NCBI GenBank assembly: GCA_018653085.1
Contig: JABIAY010000057.1
Location: 3,198 to 67,197 of the forward strand
Direction: 5' to 3'
Length of the DNA: 64,000 nucleotides
Origin: Nitrospina sp.
GTDB taxonomy: Bacteria; Nitrospinota; Nitrospinia; Nitrospinales; VA-1
Part shown: in pieces, positions 54,431 to 64,000 of the stretch
Numbering within the stretch: position 1 is the first letter of the stretch
Layout: the number at the start of each line of letters is the position of its first letter
Notes under the pieces: model-generated
Database searches by the model: none
The model's input: only the letters and a program-made list of their open reading frames with translations
Told to the model about the DNA's origin: nothing
Translations under genes and position numbers: made by a program

Positions 54431-56992
54431 ATGGTGTTAAGTTTTATCAAAAAACTTGTAGGTACTCATAACGACCGCGAGATTAAACGGATTCAGGCGA
54501 AGGTCGATGCTGTGAATGCCTTGGAAAGTGAGATCAAGGCACTTTCTGATGACCAACTGAAAGCTAAAACACCCGAACTGCAAGGCAAGCTGGCTAACGG
54601 TTCCACACTGGATGATATCCTGCCTGAGGCGTTTGCGGTGGTCCGCGAAGCCAGTTGGAGAGTGCTTGAAATGCGTCCTTTTGATGTGCAGATTATAGGT
54701 GGAGTGGTTCTGCATGAAGGAAAAATAGCGGAAATGAAAACCGGTGAAGGAAAAACCCTGATGGCAACCCTGCCGGTTTACCTGAACGCCTTAACAGGGA
54801 AGGGCGTGCATGTTGTAACGGTTAACGATTATCTGGCTACTCGTGACAGCGAGTGGATGGGCCAGATTTATAAGTTTCTGGGTTTGTCTGTGGGCATGAT
54901 CTATCACGATATTCCTGAAGATGAAAGAAAGGCCGCTTATTCCGCAGATGTGCTGTATGGCACCAACAATGAATTCGGTTTTGATTATCTTCGCGACAAT
55001 ATGAAGTTCTCAAAGGAACAAATGGTCCAGCGGGATCTGAATTTTGCCATTGTGGATGAGGTGGACAGTATTTTAATTGATGAAGCCCGGACTCCTTTAA
55101 TTATTTCTGGTCAGGCGGAAGAATCCACGGAAAAATATTACACGGTGAACCAGATCATCCCCAAACTGAAAAAAGAAGAACATTACCTGATTGATGAAAA
55201 AGCCAAGACGGCTTCCCTGACGGATGAGGGGATTGCCATCATGGAAAAATTGTTGGGCTTGGAGAACCTTTATGATCCGGCCAATATAGAAACGCTTCAT
55301 TGCCTTAATCAAGGGGTTAAAGCACATGGCTTGTTTAAAAATGAAGTGGACTATGTGGTGAAGGATGGGGAAGTCGTCATTATCGATGAGTTCACCGGTC
55401 GCATGATGGCAGGAAGGCGCTACAGCGATGGACTGCATCAGGCGTTGGAGGCGAAAGAGGGCGTAAAAATAGAAAATGAAAATCAGACCCTCGCGAGCAT
55501 CACTTTCCAGAACTATTTTCGTATGTATGAAAAACTGGGAGGTATGACCGGAACCGCAGATACGGAAGCGGAAGAATTTGGCTCGATTTATAAACTCCAC
55601 GTTATTGTGGTTCCTACCAACCAGCCCATGATTCGAGAAGATTGCCCGGATTTAATTTATAGAACGGAAGAGGAAAAATTTGATGCTGTCATCGAAGAGA
55701 TTAAGGAGTTGTATGAGGTGAAGAGGCCTGTTCTGGTGGGTACAATATCCATCGAAAGGTCAGAACTGTTGAGTAGAAAGCTGAAAAAATCCGGTATCAA
55801 ACACAATGTTCTGAATGCCAAGCATCATGAACAAGAGGCGGAAATCATTGCGCAGGCCGGGCAACCAGGAGCCGTGACCATTGCCACAAATATGGCAGGA
55901 AGGGGAACGGATATTGTTTTGGGTGAAGGCATCCCGGAACTGGGTGGACTTCATATTCTCGGAACCGAACGCCATGAAAGCCGACGCATTGATAACCAGT
56001 TGCGGGGGCGTTCTGGAAGGCAGGGAGATATGGGTTCTTCCCGTTTTTATCTAAGCCTTGAGGATGATTTATTGCGTATCTTCGGGTCCGATAAAATTTC
56101 TCCTTTAATGGCCCGGTTGGGAATGGAAGATGGGCAACCGATTGAGCATGCCATGGTTTCTAAAGCGGTTGCCAATGCCCAGAAAAAAGTGGAAGCCCAT
56201 AACTTTGATATCCGAAAACATCTTCTGGAATATGATGATGTTATGAATCGTCAAAGGGAGGTTCTCTATGCATTGCGCCGTGAAATCATCAATACGGATA
56301 ATGCAAAAGAACTTCTGTTGGATATGGCGGATGAAGTGATGGATGATGCGCTGGCTGATATTGCCCAGGAAAAGATATATCCGGAAGAGTGGGACATTGA
56401 AGCTTTGAATGAGTTTTTGGAAAGGCAGTTTGCGGTTCACATCGAAAAAACCGGTGACCAGGAACTGACTCTCCAGGGGAATACGAAGCTGGAGCTGGAA
56501 AACTGCAACAGGGCAATACTTCACGATACCATCATGGAAACAGTGGTACGTGCCTATGAGGCGAAAGAAGAGGGCATTGAGGTTGATTTCATGCGGCATA
56601 TCGAAAAAGTTATCATGCTTCAGGTTCTGGATGCTCTTTGGAAAGATCACCTGTTAGGAATGGATCATCTGAAGGAAGGTATTGGTTTGCGGGGTTATGC
56701 CCAGAAAAATCCTCTGACAGAATATAAGAAAGAAGGGTTCGACTTGTTCGGTGCCATGATGGCCCGCATCAAAGAGGAAACTACGGAATATTTGTTCAAG
56801 GTTCAGGTTAATCAGGAAATTGAAATGCCGGATGAACGAGCCGGCAAACCTCCACAGGTTGTGGAACATCGGGGAAACTCGGAAGTTTCAGCAACACCGG
56901 TAACGGTTCGGCGTGAGGAAGAAAAAGTGGGTCGGAACGAGCCCTGCCCGTGTGGGAGTGGTAAAAAATACAAAAAATGCCACGGAAAGTAA
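54431..56992 (+). CDS. secA: Preprotein translocase ATPase SecA
   Basis: It has the motor motifs [38 protein letters not shown]. The C-terminal zinc-binding tail is [14 protein letters not shown]. Confidence 0.97.
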   Translation: MVLSFIKKLVGTHNDREIKRIQAKVDAVNALESEIKALSDDQLKAKTPELQGKLANGSTLDDILPEAFAVVREASWRVLEMRPFDVQIIGGVVLHEGKIAEMKTGEGKTLMATLPVYLNALTGKGVHVVTVNDYLATRDSEWMGQIYKFLGLSVGMIYHDIPEDERKAAYSADVLYGTNNEFGFDYLRDNMKFSKEQMVQRDLNFAIVDEVDSILIDEARTPLIISGQAEESTEKYYTVNQIIPKLKKEEHYLIDEKAKTASLTDEGIAIMEKLLGLENLYDPANIETLHCLNQGVKAHGLFKNEVDYVVKDGEVVIIDEFTGRMMAGRRYSDGLHQALEAKEGVKIENENQTLASITFQNYFRMYEKLGGMTGTADTEAEEFGSIYKLHVIVVPTNQPMIREDCPDLIYRTEEEKFDAVIEEIKELYEVKRPVLVGTISIERSELLSRKLKKSGIKHNVLNAKHHEQEAEIIAQAGQPGAVTIATNMAGRGTDIVLGEGIPELGGLHILGTERHESRRIDNQLRGRSGRQGDMGSSRFYLSLEDDLLRIFGSDKISPLMARLGMEDGQPIEHAMVSKAVANAQKKVEAHNFDIRKHLLEYDDVMNRQREVLYALRREIINTDNAKELLLDMADEVMDDALADIAQEKIYPEEWDIEALNEFLERQFAVHIEKTGDQELTLQGNTKLELENCNRAILHDTIMETVVRAYEAKEEGIEVDFMRHIEKVIMLQVLDALWKDHLLGMDHLKEGIGLRGYAQKNPLTEYKKEGFDLFGAMMARIKEETTEYLFKVQVNQEIEMPDERAGKPPQVVEHRGNSEVSATPVTVRREEEKVGRNEPCPCGSGKKYKKCHGK

Positions 56993-56999
56993 GAGGGGG

Positions 57000-57713
57000 C
57001 TAAACGTTCTCGGTCGCTTCCTGGCATTCAATGCATAAAGATGTCAGCGGCATAATTTGCAGACGCTTCAAGCTAATCCTTTTTTCGCAGGACTCACATT
57101 CCCCGTAAGTACCGTTGGTTATTCTAAACAGAGTGTCCTCGATTAACTTGAGCTCATTGCGGTCCCTGCTCGACAATTGAAAAATCATTTCCCTCCCCTC
57201 CAGGCTTGAGGCAAGGTCAATTTCGTTGCTGAAAGTCAGATCCCCAGCATCTCGCTCCACAGACTGTGAAGACCGGATTAATTTCAATAACTCGGTGCGA
57301 TTGGCAATAAGCCGTTCACGGATTTTATGGACCGCAGGATCCAGATGCGGGTGATCCTGTTTGATCAGGCGCAACTTTCCCGGTTTGAGAGCAGATTTTT
57401 TAGTCTTGGCTTTCTTTTTCGTCGAGGCAGGTTTTGCGGCCTTAGCCTTTTTTACCGGTGTTTTGGTCGGTTTTTTAGCCTTGGCTTTTTTCTTCGGAGA
57501 AGCCTTTTTTGCCACAGCCTTCTTTTTAGCGGGTTTTTTTGCAGGCTTGCTGGCTTTCTTGGCCGTTACTTTCTTTTTCGCCGCTTTTTTCTTAGTGACT
57601 TTCTTCTTGGCGGACTTTTTCGCGGGCTTGCTGGTTTTCTTGGCAGTTACTTTCTTTTTTGCCACTTTTTTCTTCGTCGTCTTTTTCTTTGTGGCCTTTT
57701 TTTTTGTTGCCAT
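57000..57713 (-). CDS. DksA/TraR-family C4 zinc-finger protein with a ~110-aa histone-H1-like Lys/Ala/Pro-rich N-terminal extension
   Basis: The C-terminal part aligns with DksA (SNEIDLASSLEGREMIFQLSSRDRNELKLIEDTLFRI..GTYGECESCEKRISLKRLQIMPLTSLCIECQ; C-x2-C-x17-C-x2-C). The N-terminus is ATKKKATKKKTTKKKVAKKKVTAKK..., with an 81-bp internal DNA repeat (57544 / 57625). Confidence 0.8.
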   Translation of the reverse strand: MATKKKATKKKTTKKKVAKKKVTAKKTSKPAKKSAKKKVTKKKAAKKKVTAKKASKPAKKPAKKKAVAKKASPKKKAKAKKPTKTPVKKAKAAKPASTKKKAKTKKSALKPGKLRLIKQDHPHLDPAVHKIRERLIANRTELLKLIRSSQSVERDAGDLTFSNEIDLASSLEGREMIFQLSSRDRNELKLIEDTLFRITNGTYGECESCEKRISLKRLQIMPLTSLCIECQEATENV

Positions 57714-57961
57714 TGCCGAATCTCCTGTATAGGGAACTCTAAAGTGAATTCATTCGGGAAGGTAACTCAAAACCTTAGCGTTTTACCCACATCCGGGTAA
57801 AAATTCTTTGAACCTTAGCATTTGAAAAAATAAAGTACAACAGTTTATTTGCCGGAAGGCATTAAAAACCGAGGGTTTCTGGAAAAGTCCAGATCAACAC
57901 CAGCGCGAGTATTTTGGTTACATTCAGCACTAGCGGAAAATCAGGTGAAAACTGAAGCCTT

Positions 57962-58252
57962 TTATTCGGTTTCATAGTCCACAACGATAGATGAAGAACA
58001 AAGGGAACGCATTTTTTCTACAACGGGTAAATGATTTTTATGGCCCGCATAGGCTTTTAATCCTTCGCGATTGTCAAAAAAGGCCGTAAGAACGATATCG
58101 TAGCTTCTCTCCGAGCCTAAAAAATCTGTTCCTATTTCTATAAATTTCTGGGTTTCAATATTTCCCTGCAGGCTGTTAAGAGCCGCGATGGCCTGGCCCA
58201 GATTTTCCGGATTCTTCTCTGCGAGTTTGAACATAACAATATGTTTGATCAT
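57962..58252 (-). CDS. Dabb (stress-responsive A/B barrel) family protein
   Basis: The N-terminus MIKHIVMFKL, a length of about 96 aa, and the motif H..F......P are typical of the family. Confidence 0.75.
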   Translation of the reverse strand: MIKHIVMFKLAEKNPENLGQAIAALNSLQGNIETQKFIEIGTDFLGSERSYDIVLTAFFDNREGLKAYAGHKNHLPVVEKMRSLCSSSIVVDYETE

Positions 58253-58382
58253 TAACTATTTCCTCCGTTGGGGTTGATTTTTAGAAAGGGTTTTTCATTT
58301 TTCAGGGCCTGCTGCTCTGGGAAGGGCACAACCCTGTTTATGCTATAGTGCCAGCCTGCATAACGTAAATGGGAAATTGTAT

Positions 58383-59105
58383 ATGTCATGGTGGAGAGGC
58401 GCAGGTTTGGGTTTTTTACGAGGCGGTCCTTTGGGTGCCGTTATCGGAGGTACCATTGAACATTTTCTTGCTAAAAAACTCCAGAAAAAAGTGCAGGATA
58501 GCTTGCCCGGCATTATCCACCAGGGTGAATTTATTTCATGTCTGGTTATCATTCTAACTCGTGTGGCCATGGAGTCAGGGCCCTTAAACCCAAAAAAAGT
58601 GGGAGTGATACATAAATTCTTTATGAAGAACCTGGGCTATGGCTCTCCGGATTTAAAACAGCTTGACCAGTTGATGGAGGAAGTCCAGTCCAAAAAACCC
58701 GATATTGACCGGTTTGTAGAGGAATATAAAAAATCCTGTCGAGATAATTACAATCTTTTGCTTCTTGCCCTGTGTTATCAGATTTCTTTGGTTGAGGATG
58801 CCCTGAATGATGAGACCCAATCCATGATAAAAAATATCGGATTGGTATTGGAGGTGTCTTATGACAAACATAACGAAGTCAGGGAGAAGTACTTACTCGA
58901 TCCCTTTAGAACGCCTTATCATATATTAGAGCTTTCTTCCGATGCCTCGAATGATGAAATCAAAAAGGCTTACCGGAAAATGGCCAGTCAGTATCACCCT
59001 GACCGGGTTTCCAGAGAGGATGAAAAGACGGTTCAGAAGGCCCACATGAGGTTTCTGGAAATCCAGTCCGCTTATCAGGAACTGGGAAAGGTCAGAAAAA
59101 TTTAA
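58383..59105 (+). CDS. DjlA-like co-chaperone (N-terminal glycine-rich membrane segment, TerB-like middle domain, C-terminal J domain)
   Basis: The J-domain motif is [30 protein letters not shown]. The N-terminus is [21 protein letters not shown]. Confidence 0.8.
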   Translation: MSWWRGAGLGFLRGGPLGAVIGGTIEHFLAKKLQKKVQDSLPGIIHQGEFISCLVIILTRVAMESGPLNPKKVGVIHKFFMKNLGYGSPDLKQLDQLMEEVQSKKPDIDRFVEEYKKSCRDNYNLLLLALCYQISLVEDALNDETQSMIKNIGLVLEVSYDKHNEVREKYLLDPFRTPYHILELSSDASNDEIKKAYRKMASQYHPDRVSREDEKTVQKAHMRFLEIQSAYQELGKVRKI

Positions 59106-60367
59106 GGGGTTTCTTTATTCATGTCTGCGGGGTCCAGCTTACGGATGATGAGGGCTTGTATTTTACGTTTGCTGGCTTCTTTGACCGTTATTCGGTAGAG
59201 CCCGACTATAACCTGATCGCCGGGGTTTGGAATTCTTTCCAGCCTGTCAATGGTCAAACCCGCCAGTGTATCGAAATCTCCACTTGGGATATCCCAGTTC
59301 AGGCTGTCATTGAGAACGTTTATTTCGGTGCTTCCATCGACAAGGTATCCTCCATCTGCATAATGTTCGTAGATTTTTTCGGGTTTGTCGTATTCATCCT
59401 CGATCTCTCCGACAATTTTTTCAAGCAGATCCTCAATTGTTATCAATCCGATACATCCTCCATATTCATCCACCACGATGGCCATATGCAAGCCTCTTTG
59501 CTGGAGTTCCTTGAGGAGGTCATCAATTTTTTTATTAGGGGGTACATAATAGGCGGGCCGGATGAGATTGGTAATTGGGGTGCTGTCAACAGGCTGGTCC
59601 AGTAGATCGAAGGTGTTTAAAATCCCTATAAGGTTGTAGATTCTTTCGTGAAAAATAGGCATTCTGGAAAAGCCGGAATCGTTTGCGACATCATGCGCCT
59701 CCGTCATTGTCGCGGTATCTTTCAGGGCGGTCATTTGGATGAGGGGTACCATGCAATGTTCTGCCCGAATTTCTCCGAAATTGAAAATATTATGAATGAT
59801 TTTCTTTTCCGTCACTCCCAAGTCTACGGTCTGCGATTCCAGGCTCAGAACCCGTTGTAGCTGATCCCGGCTAAAAGTCTTATGTTCTTCCGTTGAGGAC
59901 AGTTGTACCTGGCTGGTGAATCTCGCCGATGCTTTTGATAGCCAGATTATAAACGGAGACAGAATCTTATAGAAAAAAATTAGCGGATAAATCATGAATA
60001 ACATGATGGAATCCGCACGGTGCTGAAATATGACTTTTGGAATGATTTCTCCGCCAAAAAATATCAGTGGGGAAATAATCAGCATGGCCATCCACTCTCC
60101 GGAGTTTCCAAAATGGATGACCATGAAGGCGGTGAATATAGCGGTGCTGGCTACCATCGCCAGATTGGTTCCCAGCGAGGTAGTGGTGAAGAGCCGCTCA
60201 GGGTTCTCGAGCAACTTCAAGACAGCCTTTGCGGCCGAATTTCCATCATCGGCCAGCTGTTTCATTTTTATCCGGTTTACAGAAACCATGCCGATTTCAG
60301 AGCCGGAAAAAAACGCTTCCAGCAGTATTCCCAGAAATACAAGTATGAGGGTTGTCGCGAAATCCAT
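59102..60367 (-). CDS. CNNM/TlyC-family protein (DUF21 + CBS pair + CorC_HlyC)
   Basis: It has a DUF21 TM domain ([14 protein letters not shown]), a CBS pair and a CorC C-terminal domain. Its ATG overlaps the upstream paralogue's TGA (ATGA-type coupling). Confidence 0.9.
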   Translation of the reverse strand: MDFATTLILVFLGILLEAFFSGSEIGMVSVNRIKMKQLADDGNSAAKAVLKLLENPERLFTTTSLGTNLAMVASTAIFTAFMVIHFGNSGEWMAMLIISPLIFFGGEIIPKVIFQHRADSIMLFMIYPLIFFYKILSPFIIWLSKASARFTSQVQLSSTEEHKTFSRDQLQRVLSLESQTVDLGVTEKKIIHNIFNFGEIRAEHCMVPLIQMTALKDTATMTEAHDVANDSGFSRMPIFHERIYNLIGILNTFDLLDQPVDSTPITNLIRPAYYVPPNKKIDDLLKELQQRGLHMAIVVDEYGGCIGLITIEDLLEKIVGEIEDEYDKPEKIYEHYADGGYLVDGSTEINVLNDSLNWDIPSGDFDTLAGLTIDRLERIPNPGDQVIVGLYRITVKEASKRKIQALIIRKLDPADMNKETP

Positions 60368-61668
60368 CAGTCGTCCTGAACCTTATTTTGTTCTTCTTCA
60401 TGTGGTGGAGGAGGATTCAAAAGGGTAAGGTGAAGACTCAAAATTCTTGACCCTTTCATTTTTTCGACACGAAATTTAAACCTGTCAACGGTGGTCGATT
60501 CGCCCGAACGTGGAATTCTTCCAAACAGCCCAAAAACATAGCCGCCGACCGTGTCGTAATCATCCTGCGGTAATTCGCTCTGAAAATGTTCATTGTATTC
60601 TGCCAGACTGTATGCGCCCAAAATGCGAAAATGGTTTTCATTAATTTCTTTCAACGGGAGTTCTTCCTGCCGCATTTCACTGTCTATTTCTCCGACCAGT
60701 TCCTCAATAATATCTTCCAGCGTGACCAGTCCGCAGACGCTTCCATACTCATCCAGGACGGTGGCCATATGACGTTTCATTTTGCGAAACTCTTCAAGCA
60801 TTTCCTTGATCTTTTTTGACTGCGGAACTGAAATGGTGGAATGCAGAATACTTTTTAAGTTAACTTTTTCACGAGGCAAATGTTTAAGCCGTGTCAGGTC
60901 CTTGGTAAACAAAATTCCAAGAATTTCTTTTTCATCGGTGTCGTACACAGGGACCCGGGAATAAAAATTTTCTATAATCCGGGGCAGTATGTCATCCAGG
61001 CTGTCCTCAACATTTACGGTGAACATGTCTATTTTCGGGGTCATGATTTCCCCCACAGTCGTATCACCAAACTCAATGACATTCTGGATCAACTCTCGTT
61101 CATCGGAATCAATAACGCCTTCCCCTTCGCCTACCTGGACCATGGTCCGGAACTCCTCGTCGGTGATGGGGGATTCTTTAACGCTCTGAGGCAATATCCC
61201 CAGAGACCCGATGATCTTTTCGGTCCATATAGTGAATAATTTCTGGGCGGGCTGAACAATTTTGGCAAAGCCCTGCAAAGGATATGCGGAAAACAAGGCA
61301 TAGGGTTGGGCAAACTTGATTGAAATGCTTTTTGGGATGATATCTCCGAAAACCAGCAGGAGCATAGTGCTGACCCCAATCGCTATGCCCACACCGATGC
61401 TCCCAAACATACTGATGGCAACGGAGGTGACTACGACAGATATGGCAATATTGACGAACTCGTTGCCGATATAAATGGTAATGAGTAGTTCGCGTGGCTT
61501 GTCCAGGAGGGAGTTTACAAGCCGGCCCAATCGTCCTTTTTTCTCTGACATCTCGCTGAGTTGAAGAGAGTTTAGAGAGAAATAGGCGACCTCACAGGCA
61601 GAAAAGAAGGCCGAACACAGAAGTAGAAACACCAGTAACAGTGAACGGGCAAACAGTGAGTCGTCCAA
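60367..61668 (-). CDS. CNNM/TlyC-family protein (DUF21 + CBS pair + CorC_HlyC), tandem paralogue
   Basis: It has the same architecture (SAFFSACEVAYFSLN, CBS pair, CorC domain). Confidence 0.9.
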   Translation of the reverse strand: MDDSLFARSLLLVFLLLCSAFFSACEVAYFSLNSLQLSEMSEKKGRLGRLVNSLLDKPRELLITIYIGNEFVNIAISVVVTSVAISMFGSIGVGIAIGVSTMLLLVFGDIIPKSISIKFAQPYALFSAYPLQGFAKIVQPAQKLFTIWTEKIIGSLGILPQSVKESPITDEEFRTMVQVGEGEGVIDSDERELIQNVIEFGDTTVGEIMTPKIDMFTVNVEDSLDDILPRIIENFYSRVPVYDTDEKEILGILFTKDLTRLKHLPREKVNLKSILHSTISVPQSKKIKEMLEEFRKMKRHMATVLDEYGSVCGLVTLEDIIEELVGEIDSEMRQEELPLKEINENHFRILGAYSLAEYNEHFQSELPQDDYDTVGGYVFGLFGRIPRSGESTTVDRFKFRVEKMKGSRILSLHLTLLNPPPPHEEEQNKVQDD

Positions 61669-61761
61669 AATTTTTAAGAAACCTCAAGTTTGGCTGGCGC
61701 TTGTAAATCGAAGTGCTTTATAGTCGATTTGGCAATTTGCAAGTAGGGGGTTTGCTTGAAT

Positions 61762-62763
61762 TTAAAAATGATTGAAGCCTTCTAACTGCGGAAGAACTTT
61801 ATCTCTTCCATCACTCTTTTCAAGTAATACTTTTTTTGGTTTGAGAGTGATTTCCCCGATTTGCGTAACAAGTGCTTTGGCCTTTAAAAATTGCCTTTTT
61901 AAATTTTTAACACCATCAGGTGGCAAAGTAAACAGTAATTCATAGTCCTCTCCTCCATTTAAAAGAAACGGAAAAGGGTCAATCTGGTCCCTGTCGCAGA
62001 TGCGTGAAAGCTCCCGGGATCGTGGGAGCCTGTCCTCATGAATCCGGGCACCTACCTTGGAGGCTTTGCAAATATGATAAAGGTCCTGAACCAGCCCATC
62101 ACTGATATCTATCATTGAGGTGATATTTATCCTGGACCGGGCCAGAATGCCGGCTTCCAGGACTCTTGGTGTCGGGTCCAAATGTCTCCCAATCAGGAAT
62201 TTGTGGTCTTTGGCCTCTCGTTTCTTTTTACTCAACAGCTTTAAGCCAAGACTTGAGTCGCCCAAAGTTCCTGTTACGAAAATGAGATCCCCAGGCCTGG
62301 CACCCTGGCGGGTGAACACACGCTTTGCTTCACCGATGATCGAAACATTTATGAAGAAACATTTTGGCGAAGAGACGGTATCTCCACCGGCAAGCTCGAC
62401 CTTGTATCGATTGCAAATTGTGTTAAATCCTGCATAGAGCCTGTCCAGAAAGGACACGGAAATCTTTTTCGGAATGCCAAGTGTCACCAGCACTCTTTTG
62501 GGCACGCCCCCCATGGCCGCGATGTCACTGAGGCTGGCAGACAGGGCTTTGCGACCCAGTGCTTCAGGAGTTGTTGTGGAAAGTTTGAAATGGATATCCT
62601 CGACCAGCGCGTCTGTGGAGATGACTTCATTCGTCCCCGACTTAACCGGGTAGACCGCACAGTCGTCGCCAATACCCAGAACAGTATTGGGAGCGCGGAA
62701 CTTTAAACGCGAAGAAAGACGATGGATGAGCTCGAATTCACCCAGTTCTTTTATTTTGCTCAT
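61762..62763 (-). CDS. thiL: Thiamine-monophosphate kinase
   Basis: It has AIR-synthase-related N- and C-domains (LGIGDDCAVY, TDALVEDIHF, SDIAAMGG, GGDT, DISDGL). Confidence 0.9.
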   Translation of the reverse strand: MSKIKELGEFELIHRLSSRLKFRAPNTVLGIGDDCAVYPVKSGTNEVISTDALVEDIHFKLSTTTPEALGRKALSASLSDIAAMGGVPKRVLVTLGIPKKISVSFLDRLYAGFNTICNRYKVELAGGDTVSSPKCFFINVSIIGEAKRVFTRQGARPGDLIFVTGTLGDSSLGLKLLSKKKREAKDHKFLIGRHLDPTPRVLEAGILARSRINITSMIDISDGLVQDLYHICKASKVGARIHEDRLPRSRELSRICDRDQIDPFPFLLNGGEDYELLFTLPPDGVKNLKRQFLKAKALVTQIGEITLKPKKVLLEKSDGRDKVLPQLEGFNHF

Positions 62764-62854
62764 AAACGGTGCTTGCTGTTATTAGTGACCCGATAGAGAG
62801 TAGTGCCTTTCTTATGTTACCAAAAGCACAACGGTATGGAGGCAATTTTTGCTC

Positions 62855-63085
62855 CTATTGTGGTTTTAGTAAATCACGGGTCAGGGAATCGACATCGAAC
62901 TTCTTTTCGATTTTAATGGAAATCTTGTTTCCCTCCTCAAGACCATCTTTTTTGAGATCATGAACATAACATGTCAATTCCACATGTTCTCCGGTTTCCG
63001 GGACCCAGATAGTGAGCTCCCGAAACTGGTCGGCTTTATTGGGGGGAGTATTGACCTCCGTGATTTCTCCATCTAACAGAATCAT
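62855..63085 (-). CDS. Hypothetical small protein (76 aa)
   Basis: This ORF lies between selO-like and thiL on the same strand. No recognisable motif is present. Confidence 0.4.
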   Translation of the reverse strand: MILLDGEITEVNTPPNKADQFRELTIWVPETGEHVELTCYVHDLKKDGLEEGNKISIKIEKKFDVDSLTRDLLKPQ

Positions 63086-63119
63086 TATTTCCTTTCTGCA
63101 ATCTGTGGGATTGCTTCAA

Positions 63120-64000
63120 CTATGCGGAACAACTGGTTTGCTGGCCAAGAAATGTTTCCGGAGTATCCTGTGCATAATACTCGGAGTCGATTTCGTATTC
63201 CTCAAAAATTTTCGGTCGTTCCTGAAACGGATTTTCCAGAAGAATTCTAAGGCGCTTGACTTCAGAGAAATCCGATTCCTTGAGTGCTTTGTCCAGAGCT
63301 GATTGAATTAAATGATTTCTCAAAATATATTTTGGGTTCACGCAATCCATTTGTAATTTTCGTTCTTCATGGCTTATGCCTTCACGCCGGGCCAGTTCAA
63401 GGTATTGTTTCAGCCACGATCCCAGCTCGTCACCCCCACTGTTTTGTGGGTTATTTGCCGGTTGTGGAGTGCCGGGATAATCGGCCAGAAACCTGAAGAA
63501 ATTTGTGTAGTCTAATTGATAGTCCTGAAGCAGTTGGAACATTCTCTGAACCAATTGTGTGAACTCCGAGTCCAGAATAGCGAGCCCAAGTTTTTTACCC
63601 ATTTCTTCACGGTAGAAGCGATTGAAAAGCGGCTGGTATTGCTGAACTTCCTCTTGCAGATTTTCAGTGCCCATCAATGGAACGAGGGCTTCGGCTAATT
63701 TGTTGAGATTCCAAAAACCAATTTCGGATTGCTGGCTGTATGCGTATCGACCGTGTGTGTCGGAATGATTGGGCGTGTGATGGGGAACAAATCGGTCCAT
63801 AAACCCATAGGGGCCGTAGTCAAAAGTGGTGCCGGTGATGGTCATGTTGTCAGTGTTCATCACTCCATGGATGAACCCCACTGCTTGCCATTTAGCGATA
63901 AGTTTCGCGGTGCGCTGGAGGGTGCGTTGAAAAAATATGCGATAGCGGTCGGTTTCCTGAACAATATCGGGGTAATAATTTTGAATGCAAAACTCCAACA
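63120..64000 (-). CDS. selO: SelO/YdiU-family protein adenylyltransferase, C-terminal part (5' end outside the window)
   Basis: GFIHGVMNTDNMTITGTTFDYGPYGFMD is the SelO catalytic-loop signature. The frame is open to the window edge. Confidence 0.9.
   Translation of the reverse strand, partial: LEFCIQNYYPDIVQETDRYRIFFQRTLQRTAKLIAKWQAVGFIHGVMNTDNMTITGTTFDYGPYGFMDRFVPHHTPNHSDTHGRYAYSQQSEIGFWNLNKLAEALVPLMGTENLQEEVQQYQPLFNRFYREEMGKKLGLAILDSEFTQLVQRMFQLLQDYQLDYTNFFRFLADYPGTPQPANNPQNSGGDELGSWLKQYLELARREGISHEERKLQMDCVNPKYILRNHLIQSALDKALKESDFSEVKRLRILLENPFQERPKIFEEYEIDSEYYAQDTPETFLGQQTSCSA

Noticed and set aside
57327-57800. Two Phe/Leu/Gly-rich ORFs (157 and 123 aa) on the + strand
   Set aside because: They are mirror-image translations of the Lys/Ala-rich tail of the minus-strand DksA-like gene (AAA/AAG read as TTT/CTT). 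Their composition is not protein-like and no SD is present.

Overview
This is a gene-dense bacterial chromosomal segment with about 70 supportable CDS, one tRNA, and no rRNA. I found no CRISPR array, transposase, integrase or prophage genes.

Most of the window is housekeeping: alaS, kdsD-like, polA, yraN, clpS, gltA, def, rpsF-ssb-rpsR-DUF2232-rplI-dnaB, secA and thiL. There is also a cheY-cheX-cheA-cheW / cheB chemotaxis cluster.

The most unusual region is the 5' end (about 0.4-6.2 kb):
- An operon encodes a Tat-signal Rieske protein, a cytochrome b and a membrane-anchored octahaem (8 x CXXCH) hydroxylamine-oxidoreductase-like cytochrome.
- It is followed by a separately terminated gene with the architecture of a Cyc2-type fused monohaem-cytochrome/beta-barrel porin.
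- A divergent trihaem periplasmic cytochrome lies just beyond.
- Menaquinone (futalosine-route) genes sit on both sides.
- I read this as a candidate outer-membrane-to-quinone electron conduit. That is inference from domain architecture only.

The second conspicuous feature is non-coding. At least nine intergenic regions carry modular, hairpin-rich repeat families, including a 3-unit 98-bp tandem array. One family starts exactly on stop codons and donates the 'CAC TAG' (His-stop) ends of three genes.

Other items worth a second look:
- a CheA with duplicated Hpt and duplicated CheW domains;
- a duplicated pair of small secreted proteins of unknown function, each with its own near-identical terminator;
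- a DksA-type zinc-finger protein with a histone-H1-like Lys/Ala tail;
- an NHLP-leader-like ORF abutting tRNA-Arg;
- a 1015-aa membrane/spermidine-synthase-like/TPR fusion next to an FGE-type enzyme.

Taxonomy cannot be established without a search. All calls rest on motif recognition by eye, and no database search was run.
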